Part shown: positions 10,522-21,057 of the stretch, one piece after another
Layout of the letters: the number at the start of each line of letters is the position of its first letter
Numbering within the stretch: the first letter of the stretch is position 1
Source: Gemmatales bacterium
Lineage (GTDB): Bacteria; Planctomycetota; Planctomycetia; Gemmatales; HRBIN36
Reading direction: 5' to 3'
Length of the DNA stretch: 64,000 bases
NCBI GenBank assembly: GCA_041640595.1
Contig: JBEPZY010000002.1
Coordinates: 404,651 to 468,650 of the forward strand
The notes under the pieces: generated by a model
Database searches by the model: none
Seen by the model: only the letters and a program-made list of their open reading frames with translations
Told to the model about the DNA's origin: nothing
Translations under genes and position numbers: made by a program

Positions 10522-10861
10522 TCCTTCGGGCTCCACGACCGTTGTTTCTGGCGATCAGCGACAGATGATCAGGGACAGCCCGTCTCCGTAATCCATCGGA
10601 ATGCAGCAAGAGTCGAGCAGTTCGGTTTAAGCCACCGACCGCGAGAGGCGAACAGCAAGCCGTGTGACGAATTGCCAAACCCTACTCCTGGAGCCTGACC
10701 GCCAGCCGTTTTCATGCTCAACATTTTTGTGGCAAAATCTACCATCGTGTTTGTAAAATTTCCCTGGCACTCCTCCGGTTCATGGTTTTGTTCCGACAAT
10801 AATCATCCGCAAGCCCTTACCGAGCAAAACCTTGCGGATTATTTTTCTTTTTCCCTGCCTG

Positions 10862-10877
10862 TGGCACGATTCTTGCT
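10862..10877 (+). promoter_or_regulatory. Sigma-54 (-24/-12) promoter
   Basis: TGGCACGATTCTTGCT matches TGGCACG-N4-TTGCW exactly; intergenic, with an AT-rich tract upstream. Confidence 0.75.
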
Positions 10878-10887
10878 TAAGAGCTGA

Positions 10888-11000
10888 AGGGGCGAGACAG
10901 CATACCTGTCCGACCCATCAGCCGCTCAACCACGGGTGTGGGGCTGGAACAGGGAGAGGCCCGCTGAGCCGGTTGCGCAAGCGCCGGCTCGCGGCATTTA
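10888..11000 (+). ncRNA. Candidate sigma-54-dependent sRNA or structured leader
   Basis: Begins at the predicted TSS; hairpin GACAG-CATAC-CTGTC; ends in a strong stem CCGCTGAGCCGG...CCGGCTCGCGG plus CATTT; no credible ORF. Confidence 0.4.
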
Positions 11001-11113
11001 AAGCTGGACTTTGTGCCGACTCCTTCCCAAAATGGTTTTCTTAGCCGTAACATCCGGTCCTGCGGTCATTGCCAGCCAGGCCCAATAAGCTTTCAAGCAT
11101 CGGACAGGCAACT

Positions 11114-11947
11114 ATGCAAAACACCGAGGCCCTTCTGTCGCAACTGCGCGAAAAAGCACGTGTCGTTCGCCAGCACATTATCCGCAGCACCACCCGCGCG
11201 GGTTCCGGTCATCCGACCAGTTCGCTCTCAGCGGTAGAACTAGTGGTGGCGTTGTACTTCGGCGGCATACTCCGTTACCGCCCGCACGAACCACGTTGGC
11301 CTCAACGCGACCGCTTCATCCTCAGCAAGGGACATGCAGCGCCGCTGTTGTATGCCGTGCTGGCGGAAGCTGGTTATTTCCCCGTTGAGCAATTGGATAC
11401 TCTCCGTCAAATCGGCAGTCCGCTGGAAGGCCATCCCAATATGCGTCGTTTGCCGGGTGTCGAGGCCTCCACCGGTTCGCTCGGACAGGGACTTTCCATT
11501 GGTTTGGGCCATGCACTGGCTTGCAAACTCAACGGTTTCGACTCCCGCGTGTTTGTGCTTCTCGGCGACGGCGAAATCAACGAGGGCCAGGTCTGGGAAG
11601 CTGTCATGGCCGCCGTCAAGTACCGCGCCGATAACCTCATCGCCATCGTGGACCACAACGGCTATCAGCAAACCGGCCCCACCCGCGAAGTGCTCGACCT
11701 CGATCCGCTCCCCGACAAGTTCGCAGCTTTCGGTTGGGACGCTCAGGAAATTGACGGCCACGATTGGCACGCCGTCCTCGACGCCCTTCGCCGTGTCTGT
11801 CTGCCCAATGGCCAACCCCGGGCCATCATTGCCCGCACCATCAAAGGTTACCCCATCCACCACTTGCTCAGCGAAAAAAACTACCACGGCAAGGCCCTCC
11901 CTCCCGCCGACGCCGAAAAAGCCCTCGCCTTGCTAACGCAGGGTTAA
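11114..11947 (+). CDS. Transketolase, N-terminal (TPP-binding) subunit
   Basis: SGHPTSSLS, RDRFILSKGH, LEGHP, TGSLGQG, GDGE...N, DGHD, TIKG; ATG 11114. Confidence 0.92.
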   Translation: MQNTEALLSQLREKARVVRQHIIRSTTRAGSGHPTSSLSAVELVVALYFGGILRYRPHEPRWPQRDRFILSKGHAAPLLYAVLAEAGYFPVEQLDTLRQIGSPLEGHPNMRRLPGVEASTGSLGQGLSIGLGHALACKLNGFDSRVFVLLGDGEINEGQVWEAVMAAVKYRADNLIAIVDHNGYQQTGPTREVLDLDPLPDKFAAFGWDAQEIDGHDWHAVLDALRRVCLPNGQPRAIIARTIKGYPIHHLLSEKNYHGKALPPADAEKALALLTQG

Positions 11948-11985
11948 CTCCGTAAACTCATCGCCGCGCCTGGCGCGTACGTTAC

Positions 11986-14765
11986 GAATCGCGCTGGCAA
12001 CGGCGACCGGTTTTCGCGGGTGGATTACATTTGCACCGCACACCCGGCTCCCGCACCACGGCTGGCTTACGCCAGCCGCTCCTGATGCACGACCTCGGTG
12101 CACTGAAAAAACGACATTCGCGGTGCACAATCGCATGTTCCCAAGAGCGGCGGGCGTCAGCCCGCCGTGCTTTGGAAGTCGCGCTTGCGGGGGCGATTCG
12201 ACACACAATCGCGGGATACCTCGCGTGCAACCAAGAGCGGCGGGCGTCAGCCCGCCGTGCTTTAGGAATCGCGCTTGCGGGGGTGATTGGGCACACAATC
12301 ACGGGATACGTCGCGTGCAATCAAGAGCGGCGGGCGTCAGCCCGCCGTGGTTCGGGAATAGCGCTGGCGACGGCGACGGGTTTTTGCGGATGGATTACAT
12401 TTGCACCGCACGTCCGGCTCCCGCACCACGGCTGGCTTACACCAGCCGCTCCTGATGCACGACGTCGGTGCACTGAAAAAAACGATATTCGCGGTGCACA
12501 ATCGCATGTTCCCAAGAGCGGCGGGCGTCAACCCACCGTGGCCGGCGAACCGAACCCTGTGCCGCGAGAATCACGCATTGTTCGCCGACAGCGCTACCCC
12601 TGAACAAGAGCGGCGGGCGTCAGCCCGCCGTGGTTTGCTATAAGAACGCTGTGCCGCAAGAATCAACGCATTGCTAGCCGACGATGCGACCCCCAAACAG
12701 AAGCGGCGGGCGTCAGCCCGCCGTGCTTTGGAAGTCGCGCTTGCGGGGGCGATTCGGCACACAATCACGGGATACCTCGCGTGCAACCAAGAGCGGCGGG
12801 CGTCAGCCCGCCGTGGATGTGGTAACCGCGTCTGCAACGGCGTTCGTGCACGGACGACCAGCGCGTCGCCGCTGTGCGGCAATTGTGGTGTTGCCGCTAC
12901 AGGCGCGTTACACAAACCACGGCTGGCTTACGCCAGCCGCTCCTGATGCACGACGTCGGTGCACTGAAAAAACGATATTCGCGGTGCACAATCGCATGTT
13001 CCCAAGAGCGGCGGGCGTCAGCCCACCGTGCTTTGCTATAAGAACGCTGTGCCGCAAGAATCAACGCATTGCTAGCCGACGATGCGACCCCCAAACAGAA
13101 GCGGCGGGCATCAACCCGCCGTGCTTTGGAAGTCGCGCTGGCGGGGGTGATTCGGCACACAATCACGGGAAACGTGGCGTGCAATTAAGAGCGGCGGGCG
13201 TCAGCCCGCCGTGGATGTGGTAACCGCGTCTGCAACGGCGTTCGTGCACGGACGACCAGCGGGTCGCCCCTGTGCGGCAATTGTGGTGTTGCCGCTACAG
13301 GCGCGTTACACAAACCACGGCTGGCTTACGCCAGCCGCTCCTGATGCACGACGTCGGTGCACTGAAAAAATGACATTCGCGGTACACAATCGCATGTTCC
13401 CAAGAGCGGCGGGCGTCAGCCCGCCGTGGCCGGCGAACCGAACCCAGTCCCGCGAGAACCACGCACCTTTGGCCGACCGCGCGACCCCCGAACAAGAGCG
13501 GCGGGCGTCAGCCCGCCGGGGTTTGCTATAAGAACGCTGTGCCGCAAGAATCAACGCATTGCTAGCCGACGATGCGACCCCTGAACAAAAGAGCCAAGCG
13601 TCCCCCCGCCGTGGCTTCCGGAATCGCGCTGGCAACGGCGACCGGTTTTCGCGGGTGGATTACATTTGCACCGCACACCCGGCTCCCGCACCACGGCTGG
13701 CTTACGCCAGCCGCTCCTGATGCACGACGTCGGTGCACTGAAAAAAACGATATTCGCGGTGCACAATCGCATGTTCCCAAGAGCGGCGGGCGTCAGCCCG
13801 CCGTGGTTTGCTATAAAAACGCTGTGCCGCAAGAATCAACGCATTACTAGCCGACGATGCGACCCCCAAACAGAAGCGGCGGGCATCAACCCACCGCGCT
13901 TCGGCAGTCGCGCTGGCGGGGGTGATTCGGCACACAATCACGGGAAACGTGGCGTGCAATTAAGAGCGGCGGGCGTCAGCCCGCCGTGGATGTGGTAACC
14001 GCGTCTGCAACGGCGTTCGTGCACGGACGACCAGCGGGTCGCCCCTGTGCGGCAATTGTGGTGTTGCCGCTACAAGCGCGTTACACAAACCACGGCTGGC
14101 TTACGCCAGCCGCTCCTGATGCACGACGTCGGTGCACTGAAAAACGATATTCGCGGTGCACAATCGCATGTTCCCAGGAGCGGCGGGCGTCAGCCCGCCG
14201 TGCTTTGGGAGTCGCGCTTGCGGGGGCGATTCGGCACACAATCACGGGATACCTCGCGTGCAACCAAGAGCGGCGGGCGTCAGCCCGCCGTGGTTTTGCG
14301 ATACGAACGCTTTGCCGCGAGAATCACGCATTGTTCGCCGACAGCGCTACCCCTGAACAAGAGCGGCGCGCGTCAGCCCGCCGTGGTTTGCTATAAGAAC
14401 GCTGTGCCGCAAGAATCAACGCATTGCTAGCCGACGATGCGACCCCTGAACAAAAGAGCCAAGCGTCCCCCCGCCGTGGCTTCCGGAATCGCGCCGGCAA
14501 CGGCGACCGGTTTTCGCGGGTGAATTACATTTGCACCGCACATCCGGCTCCCGCACCACGGCTGGCTTACGCCAGCCGCTCCTGATGCACGACGTCGGTG
14601 TACTGAAAAAACGATATTCGCGGTGCACAATCGCTCGTTCTACAAGAGGGGCGGGCGTCAGCCCGCCGTGGCCGGCGAACCGAACCCTGTGCCGCGAGAA
14701 TCACGCACCGTTGGCCGACCGTGCGACCCTGGAACAGAAGCGGCGGGCATCAACCCGCCGTGCTT
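11986..14765. repeat. Mosaic REP/BIME-like array 1: ~29 palindromes separated by ~6 recurring linker types
   Basis: About 22 forward AAGAGCGGCGGGCGTCAGCCCGCCGTG and 7 inverted CCACGGCTGGCTTACGCCAGCCGCTCCT (12056, 12426, 12917, 13315, 13691, 14090, 14556); typical spacing ~90 bp. Confidence 0.95.
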
Positions 14766-14829
14766 TGCGAACTACGCCGCCAACGGCAATTCCACGGCGT
14801 CATCAGACGCTTGCCGGGTTCCAGACACC

Positions 14830-15151
14830 CTTTGCGAAAAATTTTTGCGAACAGAATTGTCCTCTTGAGACGGCCGCGGTTTACCAGCATGGGGCTTTTG
14901 CTTCCGATGCACGCTGGTTTTTCGTGGGGGGTCTGGAATTTGACCCGGCTGATCAGGACGAGAGGGGCTATGGCATCGTGCACGTTTGGGACCTGAAAGA
15001 AAGGCGCCTTGCTGCCCGGTATCGTGTGTCCCATGAACGAGTGATTTCGCTGGCACTGTCTCCCGACGGGAAATTGCTAGCCGTGAGCGATACCGCGGGA
15101 CGTTTGCAGGTATTCCCATTACCCGATCAATTCAGTAAAACGCAGCGATAG
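14830..15151 (+). pseudogene. C-terminal remnant of a WD40 protein similar to 604-1842
   Basis: GAFASDARWFFVGGLEFDPADQDERGYGIVHVWDLKERR...LALSPDGKLLAVS aligns by eye with GCISPSGRYLYVLAEEFDPPEQEEVTRSVLKVWDLKARR...AISRDGTKLAIS. The 5' part is replaced by the repeat array. Confidence 0.7.
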
Positions 15152-15390
15152 CCCGATCTAAATAGCCGTCGCCGATGAGATAAGCGTGGCTTAGTGTGAG
15201 AGATGCAAACGGTGTAACAACAGGCGACAGCATTAAGGAGTTAAGAAGCAGGTTTATCTCGGCAAAGGAGCAACCGATAAGGCTGGATAGTCCCCGGTTG
15301 CTCACAACTTCGGTTAGGCGTCAGCGGCGGCTTCTTTGCTAACCAAACGCGGCTATCGCTAAATATGCTGGGTATATAGGTGCGGCCTTT

Positions 15391-15423
15391 CTAAGATGAA
15401 CGATCCAGGAGCAGGATGTCCAC
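15391..15423 (-). repeat. Duplicate of the last 11 codons (VDILLLDRSS*) of the adjacent gene
   Basis: GTGGACATCCTGCTCCTGGATCGTTCATCTTAG versus GTGGACATCCTGCTCCTCGACCGCTCGTCCTAG at 15463-15495. Confidence 0.85.
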
Positions 15424-15462
15424 ACGGCCCATAAGTTTACTAAGTGGTTAAAGGCTGGCTTT

Positions 15463-18036
15463 CTAGGACGAGCGGTCGAGGAGCAGGATGTCCACGCTGG
15501 TTATAGGCAGGCGGACGATGAGTTGCTCGCCGTCGCGCTGCCAGGAAACTTTCGCACCACGAGCGCTGCGTACATCGCGGACAGCAAAGGGCAAACGGAG
15601 GCGAAGTTCCAGTTCGGCGATTGCTTCGCCTGTCCAGTTGAGCACGGTTACCGCTGCTCCCTTGTCGGAGAGCAGGACCGGGGTTTCGACCAGAGGATGG
15701 TTGCATATCGCTGGCGGTGTGATCTGGGCTTGTCGCAGCGGATAGCTGATCCAGGTGCGCAACGGCTCGGAAAAGCCGACCGGTAAACGGTCGCGTGTTT
15801 GTGTGCTGGAACGCCAGTAGGCGATACCGGGCAGGAAAGCATAGTGGATGTGGGCACCTTTCTCGTGTTGCCGTCGGACGATGGCGGGCAGACCGTCGGT
15901 AAAGCGAGCCAGCACTTCGTACTTACCGGGTAGCAATTCTCCTCGAACGCCATAAACTGCGACTTCGCCGCTATCCAGTTGGAGCCTGGCAACTGCCGGG
16001 AGATTAGCTGCGTTGGCCACCAGCAAGCGTGGGCGGGGCTTTTCGGCGATACCGGTGGCGTCAGCAATCAGCGAGCAGGGATCATCGTAGCGGTCGGCGG
16101 TGGCGGCGTTGCTGATGGTTACCAGAACTCCGCCGTTGCGCATCCACTTCAGCAGTGCTGCCTGGCCCTCACGAGGAATGTTCGGCTCGGTGACATAGAC
16201 GACACGATAGGGTTGCAAGCCCTCGGCAGTCAGGTCGTCTTCGTCCACGAAATCTACGGGAATGTTCGCGTGTTGCAACGCCAGATACAGATCGAACACC
16301 TCGGCCATGTAGTCCACAGTGGCGGCGTTCAGGTTCGTATTGGTGGCGTCGCTAATACCGCGGGCGATTTCCATTTCTTTGCAGTCCCAGACTTGCGCGG
16401 AACGAGGCATGAGGATGGCAACGGGCGAAGGCGGCATGCGGCCAGGAGCGAGATAATCTTCCGCGGCGGCCAAGAGCGAATGGGCTTCACGTAGTTTCTT
16501 GAGCAGATGTGCCTTTTCCGAGTAACAATTGCCGGGGAAGTTGTATTCGGGGCCGAAGACAAAGTATTTGACCGCCTGTCCACCGTGCCCGAAAACGCAC
16601 AGGATTTTCTGGACGATGCCATCTTCCCGGTCGCCGGCGGTGCGGGGAATTACGTAGCCACCAAAGCGAAGGTTGGCCTTAGCGGCAGCGCAACGAAGTT
16701 TGGCACAGTAAAACGACCATTGATAAGCGCGGGCGTCGCTGAACCAGTCCTCAGTCCAGAGGATCGTTCCGCCGCGAAGTCGGGCAAACTCAAACCAGTC
16801 GTGACCACCCATCGCGGCATCGGGATGATTTTTGTCGGCGTTGTTGGCGACCGGGCCCGGAACGTAAAACCGCCCGGCGAAGAAGTTCCAGTTGGTGAAC
16901 ACGGGCAGGTTCGGGTAGAAAGCTTTTTCCAGAGCACGGACACAGTCGCTGAAATGCCGGGCCGATTCCCACGAATAGAATCGGGCCGACCAGTAAAACA
17001 GCCGGCGTGAAGGCAGGTCCCTGGCCTGACTGCGACCGATGGGAACGACGTCCTCCCACGATTGGGCACCGACATCAGCCGGTTGCAAGCCCTGTTTCCG
17101 AAGGTAATCACGAAACTTCGCCAGTGCCTGCGGTTGTTCCCGTACCGTCTTCAGCATGGCCGGATAATACCAGCCCGGTTCGTCGGACATGGCGAACAGA
17201 GCCATATCGGTGGGTTCAAACCCGGCCTTACGGTAACTATCGGCCAGCTGGTCGGCCCAAGCCTGAATGCTATCGGGCGTGATTTTCGGATCGAACGGAA
17301 AAGCATAGCCCGGCGGATTGTACACGGCCCAGGAAGTCCTGGTGCTGCCGGTGCGGGCGAGGATGTCGCGGACCGGTCGGGAGGGCGGCACCATTATCGC
17401 ACTGAATCCAGCTCGGGCAAGCTGCGAAATGCCTTCCTCCCACGCTCGCCGGTCGTCATCGCCACCGATGAAGCGATCCACGACCAGCAATCGGCGCAAT
17501 TTCGGAGCTGGTTCATCCGGTTTGGCTCCGAAGGCTTGCCAGTAACGCTGATTGTAGTCGGCCTGGGTAGCGACGCGGAATTGGCCGGTCTCATCGGGGT
17601 AAAGTAACAAACCGAGTCGGGAGCCGAACAGTTCTGCACGGGTTTGTAACAATTTGGTTCCGCCAGGCGATTGCACTTCCAGTTCGATTTGCACCGGTGG
17701 CTTGGCTGCGTGAACCTGCACGCCAAACACAACCGGAAACCGCCGCAAGTAGCTGTTCGGATAGGTTTTGAGGATGTTTTCCCACTGAGCGGTACCGATG
17801 GTGATCCAGGGCGACCATTCGCCCGACGGGGCATTCACGGCACCCTGGACACCGGAAACGGAAAAAGCCTGTTTCGCTTTAGCTGGGACGTTCTCCGCAC
17901 CCGCGACTCGTGCCCGCAGCTGGATTTCCGGTAGCGTTTTTGCCTCTGGCCGTGCTGCCGGTTTTTGTGCTAAGCAGAAAGCTGCCAGCAGAACGCTGAA
18001 CGCAACCAGTACCGTGGCGAGGTTCAAATGCCGCAT
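15463..18036 (-). CDS. Secreted glycoside-hydrolase-like protein with beta-galactosidase trimerisation-type domain
   Basis: Signal peptide; SDEP acid/base-like motif; VAILMPRS, YLALQHANIPVDFVDEDDL...YRVVYV, WMRNGGVLV; GGAGG RBS before ATG 18036. Confidence 0.7.
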   Translation of the reverse strand: MRHLNLATVLVAFSVLLAAFCLAQKPAARPEAKTLPEIQLRARVAGAENVPAKAKQAFSVSGVQGAVNAPSGEWSPWITIGTAQWENILKTYPNSYLRRFPVVFGVQVHAAKPPVQIELEVQSPGGTKLLQTRAELFGSRLGLLLYPDETGQFRVATQADYNQRYWQAFGAKPDEPAPKLRRLLVVDRFIGGDDDRRAWEEGISQLARAGFSAIMVPPSRPVRDILARTGSTRTSWAVYNPPGYAFPFDPKITPDSIQAWADQLADSYRKAGFEPTDMALFAMSDEPGWYYPAMLKTVREQPQALAKFRDYLRKQGLQPADVGAQSWEDVVPIGRSQARDLPSRRLFYWSARFYSWESARHFSDCVRALEKAFYPNLPVFTNWNFFAGRFYVPGPVANNADKNHPDAAMGGHDWFEFARLRGGTILWTEDWFSDARAYQWSFYCAKLRCAAAKANLRFGGYVIPRTAGDREDGIVQKILCVFGHGGQAVKYFVFGPEYNFPGNCYSEKAHLLKKLREAHSLLAAAEDYLAPGRMPPSPVAILMPRSAQVWDCKEMEIARGISDATNTNLNAATVDYMAEVFDLYLALQHANIPVDFVDEDDLTAEGLQPYRVVYVTEPNIPREGQAALLKWMRNGGVLVTISNAATADRYDDPCSLIADATGIAEKPRPRLLVANAANLPAVARLQLDSGEVAVYGVRGELLPGKYEVLARFTDGLPAIVRRQHEKGAHIHYAFLPGIAYWRSSTQTRDRLPVGFSEPLRTWISYPLRQAQITPPAICNHPLVETPVLLSDKGAAVTVLNWTGEAIAELELRLRLPFAVRDVRSARGAKVSWQRDGEQLIVRLPITSVDILLLDRSS

Positions 18037-18220
18037 GGTAATCCTCCTATTGGCCAGGAGATTCCGCATTTTGCGCACAGGGCCTATTTCAATCAGAAGC
18101 GGCACCATCGGCAAGGTTGCCTCAAGTTAACTGGCTGATTGGACGATACCAGTAGCAAAACAAGCGCGGCGGAAAGATCACGTCACGGCAATTGCCGCGC
18201 GCACGGGGAAGGATGCGAGC

Positions 18221-19429
18221 ATGGTCCGAATCAGCGGTACCCTGCTGGTCATGGTGGCGGTAATGGAAGCGGCGATGACGAGCGCTGGCTATGCCCAGAG
18301 TTATCCCGAACCGGTACCGCTGGCGCGAACCGCTGCCGCTCCCTATGCCCCACCGAGTATCTGGCCGGGGTTCGGTCCGACCAGTGCACCGGCTGGGCCT
18401 CCCGGTGCTCCTGGCGTTTATCCGCCAGCGCCGCCGAATATTCCCAACGGTCGGCCTGGCCTGCCGGAATACTGGGAAGAACCGCTTGGTTCTTACGGCA
18501 AATACGACTACTACCTGGGAGTTGGCTGGTTCGGACTGAAAAGGCAGCGAAATGACCGGCAGGACCTGTTCGTCCGCGATCCGGTCAGTAGCGATGACAA
18601 TCGGCCGCCACCGCCAGACGCACCAGTCATCGCCACTACCCGAATCCCGGACCCGAATTTCCAATCGGGAGTGCGCTGGACGTTTGGATTGGTGGAAGAC
18701 GCGGCTGCCTGGGAGTTTGCCGGCTTCGTATTGCCCGACCACACCACCAACGTTACGCTGACGAATCCGGGGCGAATTTCCGGCCTGTTCTTCAATCCGC
18801 CGACAGGCTTTGAAAACATCTTTGACAACGCCGACCGTGTGCGTTTCAGTTTTCGCCATCAACTGTACAACCTGGAGGGGAACTACCATTGGGCCAGTTC
18901 CCCCAGTGGCGCCGGTTTCGATTACCTGGTGGGCGTGCGCTACGTGGACTTGCAGGAACGTTACGCTCTGCTGGTCGAAGACAATTCCATTCAGGTCGGC
19001 CCCGACCCGGCAGAAACGGCGACGTACAGTACACGGACGCATAATCACCTGATCGGTGGCAGTCTAGGTCTGGGAGCGCGGATGCCGATCGTGGAATGGT
19101 TCGGCGTATCGTGGTTCCTGCGGGGGAGCTGGTTCGCTAACCGTGCTGATATTGACGTGGAACTGGTTCGGCAGGACGGCTTGCTCGGTACGCGGGGAAG
19201 CAGTTCGACCTGGCGTTTCAGCCACATGTACGAAATCAATGTCGCGGCCGAACTTTATCTGGGAACCTTCTGCCGGATCAAAGGCGGCTACAACCTGCTG
19301 TGGTTACTCGATGTTGCCGAAGCGGCGAATCAGGTTTCCCTGGATTTGTCCAATCCGCAGGGGAGACGGTCGTTCGGAGGCGACATCTTCTACCACGGGC
19401 CCAGTGTGGAGGTGGAGTTCAACTTTTAG
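18221..19429 (+). CDS. BBP7-like outer-membrane beta-barrel protein
   Basis: Signal peptide plus Pro-rich linker; GVRYVDLQE, THNHLIG, GGYNLLWL; C-terminal FYHGPSVEVEFNF. Confidence 0.8.
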   Translation: MVRISGTLLVMVAVMEAAMTSAGYAQSYPEPVPLARTAAAPYAPPSIWPGFGPTSAPAGPPGAPGVYPPAPPNIPNGRPGLPEYWEEPLGSYGKYDYYLGVGWFGLKRQRNDRQDLFVRDPVSSDDNRPPPPDAPVIATTRIPDPNFQSGVRWTFGLVEDAAAWEFAGFVLPDHTTNVTLTNPGRISGLFFNPPTGFENIFDNADRVRFSFRHQLYNLEGNYHWASSPSGAGFDYLVGVRYVDLQERYALLVEDNSIQVGPDPAETATYSTRTHNHLIGGSLGLGARMPIVEWFGVSWFLRGSWFANRADIDVELVRQDGLLGTRGSSSTWRFSHMYEINVAAELYLGTFCRIKGGYNLLWLLDVAEAANQVSLDLSNPQGRRSFGGDIFYHGPSVEVEFNF

Positions 19430-19609
19430 CGTGAGCGGCCGCTCGAGCGGTCTTCCAATTCGCCGGCTGGAATCCTGGCACCGACGCACGGCCATCAGTC
19501 TATGTTTAACTGTGCCGGTTGACGGAAGCGGGCGGAAGTTTTAAACTAACCACGCCTGCCGGATCGTTGGTCTGAACCCTCCGCTTCATCAACACCAGGA
19601 GAAGGAAAG

Positions 19610-20980
19610 ATGTTGCGACTGGATGCCAGCCGCGGTGCACGGTTTTGCGATGGTCTGACCCGGCGTGATTTTCTGCATGCCGGAGCCTTGACTACCTTTG
19701 GGCTGAGTTTGCCGGTCTGGGAAGCGCTGGCCGCTCAGGGAGCCGCTAAGTCCAAAGACGTCAATTGCATCCTGTTGTTCCTGGTCGGTGGTCCAAGCCA
19801 TATTGACACGTGGGATCCTAAGCCGAACGCACCAGCCGAGATTCGCGGGCCGTTCAAACCCATCGCGACCAATGTTCCCGGCATGCAGATCAGCGAGATT
19901 TTCCCGAAAATGGCCCGGCATGCCGATAAGTATTCGCTGATCCGTTCGGTGTACCACACGGCGACCGCAGTGCACGACACCGGGCACCAGTTGATGCAAA
20001 CGGGGCGGTTATTCACAGGAGGCATCGAGCATCCGCACATGGGTTGCGTGCTGGGTTATCTGAAAGGCCAGCGTGGAGAACTGCCTGCCCACGTGCTGAT
20101 GCCGCGACCCATTGGTCGAACCGGTGGCAACATGCCGCACGGTCAAAATGCCGGATACCTCGGCAAAGCTTACGACCCCTTCGTCTTGAACGCCGACCCC
20201 AACGATCCCAAATTCCAGGTGCCCGATCTGTTGCCGCCGGATTATCTCGGCGTCGTCCGGGCCGAACGTCGGCAAAAACTGCGAGCGGCAGTGGAGAACA
20301 CCTTAGCTGCGTTCGAAAAAAGCCCCCAGGTGCAGCAGATGGAAGAAAGTTTCGAGCGGGCCTATCGGTTGCTCAGCAGTCCAAAAGCGCGAGAAGCCTT
20401 TGATTTGACTCAGGAGCCGGCCAGCTTACGAGACCGTTATGGGCGAACGCGGTTCGGCCAGTGCTGTCTGCTGGCACGGCGGCTGATCGAACGTGGCGTC
20501 CGCTTTGTTACGGTCAATATGTTCGAGACGGTTTTCGATGAGGTAACCTGGGATATTCACGGCTCGCGGCCTTTTACCGACATCGAAGAAATGGCACGAT
20601 TGGTGGCGCCGAATTTCGACCAGGCTTTCAGCACCCTGCTGGAAGACCTGCACGAGCGCGGGTTACTTTCCAACACGGTAGTAGCGGCGATGGGCGAGTT
20701 TGGCCGCACTCCCAAGATCAACCCCGCCGGTGGCCGCGATCATCATCCCGGCGTGTGGACGATCATTCTCGGCGGCGGCCCGATCAAAGGCGGGCGGGTC
20801 GTCGGTGAATCGGACGAACTCGGTTACGTGCCCAAGGCGCGGCCAGTCACGCCTATGGAAGTCACCGCCACCATCTACCACGCCCTGGGCCTGGATATCC
20901 ATCACGAACTGCCCGGCCCGCAGAAGCGTCCGATCCCGCTGGTGGATTACACCGTCGAGCCGATCCGCGAATTGTTTTAA
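19610..20980 (+). CDS. DUF1501 domain protein
   Basis: CDGLTRRDFL, GGPSHIDTWDPKP, LLARRLIERGVRFV, GEFGRTP, GRDHH. Confidence 0.93.
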   Translation: MLRLDASRGARFCDGLTRRDFLHAGALTTFGLSLPVWEALAAQGAAKSKDVNCILLFLVGGPSHIDTWDPKPNAPAEIRGPFKPIATNVPGMQISEIFPKMARHADKYSLIRSVYHTATAVHDTGHQLMQTGRLFTGGIEHPHMGCVLGYLKGQRGELPAHVLMPRPIGRTGGNMPHGQNAGYLGKAYDPFVLNADPNDPKFQVPDLLPPDYLGVVRAERRQKLRAAVENTLAAFEKSPQVQQMEESFERAYRLLSSPKAREAFDLTQEPASLRDRYGRTRFGQCCLLARRLIERGVRFVTVNMFETVFDEVTWDIHGSRPFTDIEEMARLVAPNFDQAFSTLLEDLHERGLLSNTVVAAMGEFGRTPKINPAGGRDHHPGVWTIILGGGPIKGGRVVGESDELGYVPKARPVTPMEVTATIYHALGLDIHHELPGPQKRPIPLVDYTVEPIRELF

Positions 20981-21057
20981 AAGCCAATCGGACGCCGCCG
21001 GGCTCGATCGTATGCTCGTGGTTATTTGCTCGAATCGCTGCCGACGGAGAACTGAGC

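Noticed and set aside
11986..14765. CRISPR array
   Set aside because: Spacers recur many times and are ~60-100 bp, repeats occur in both orientations, and no cas operon is present.
11933..14870. Many short ORFs (HGGLTPAA / AAGVSPPW peptides) in the ORF track
   Set aside because: They are translations of the repeats in all six frames; frames are broken by variable A-tracts and I saw no RBS.
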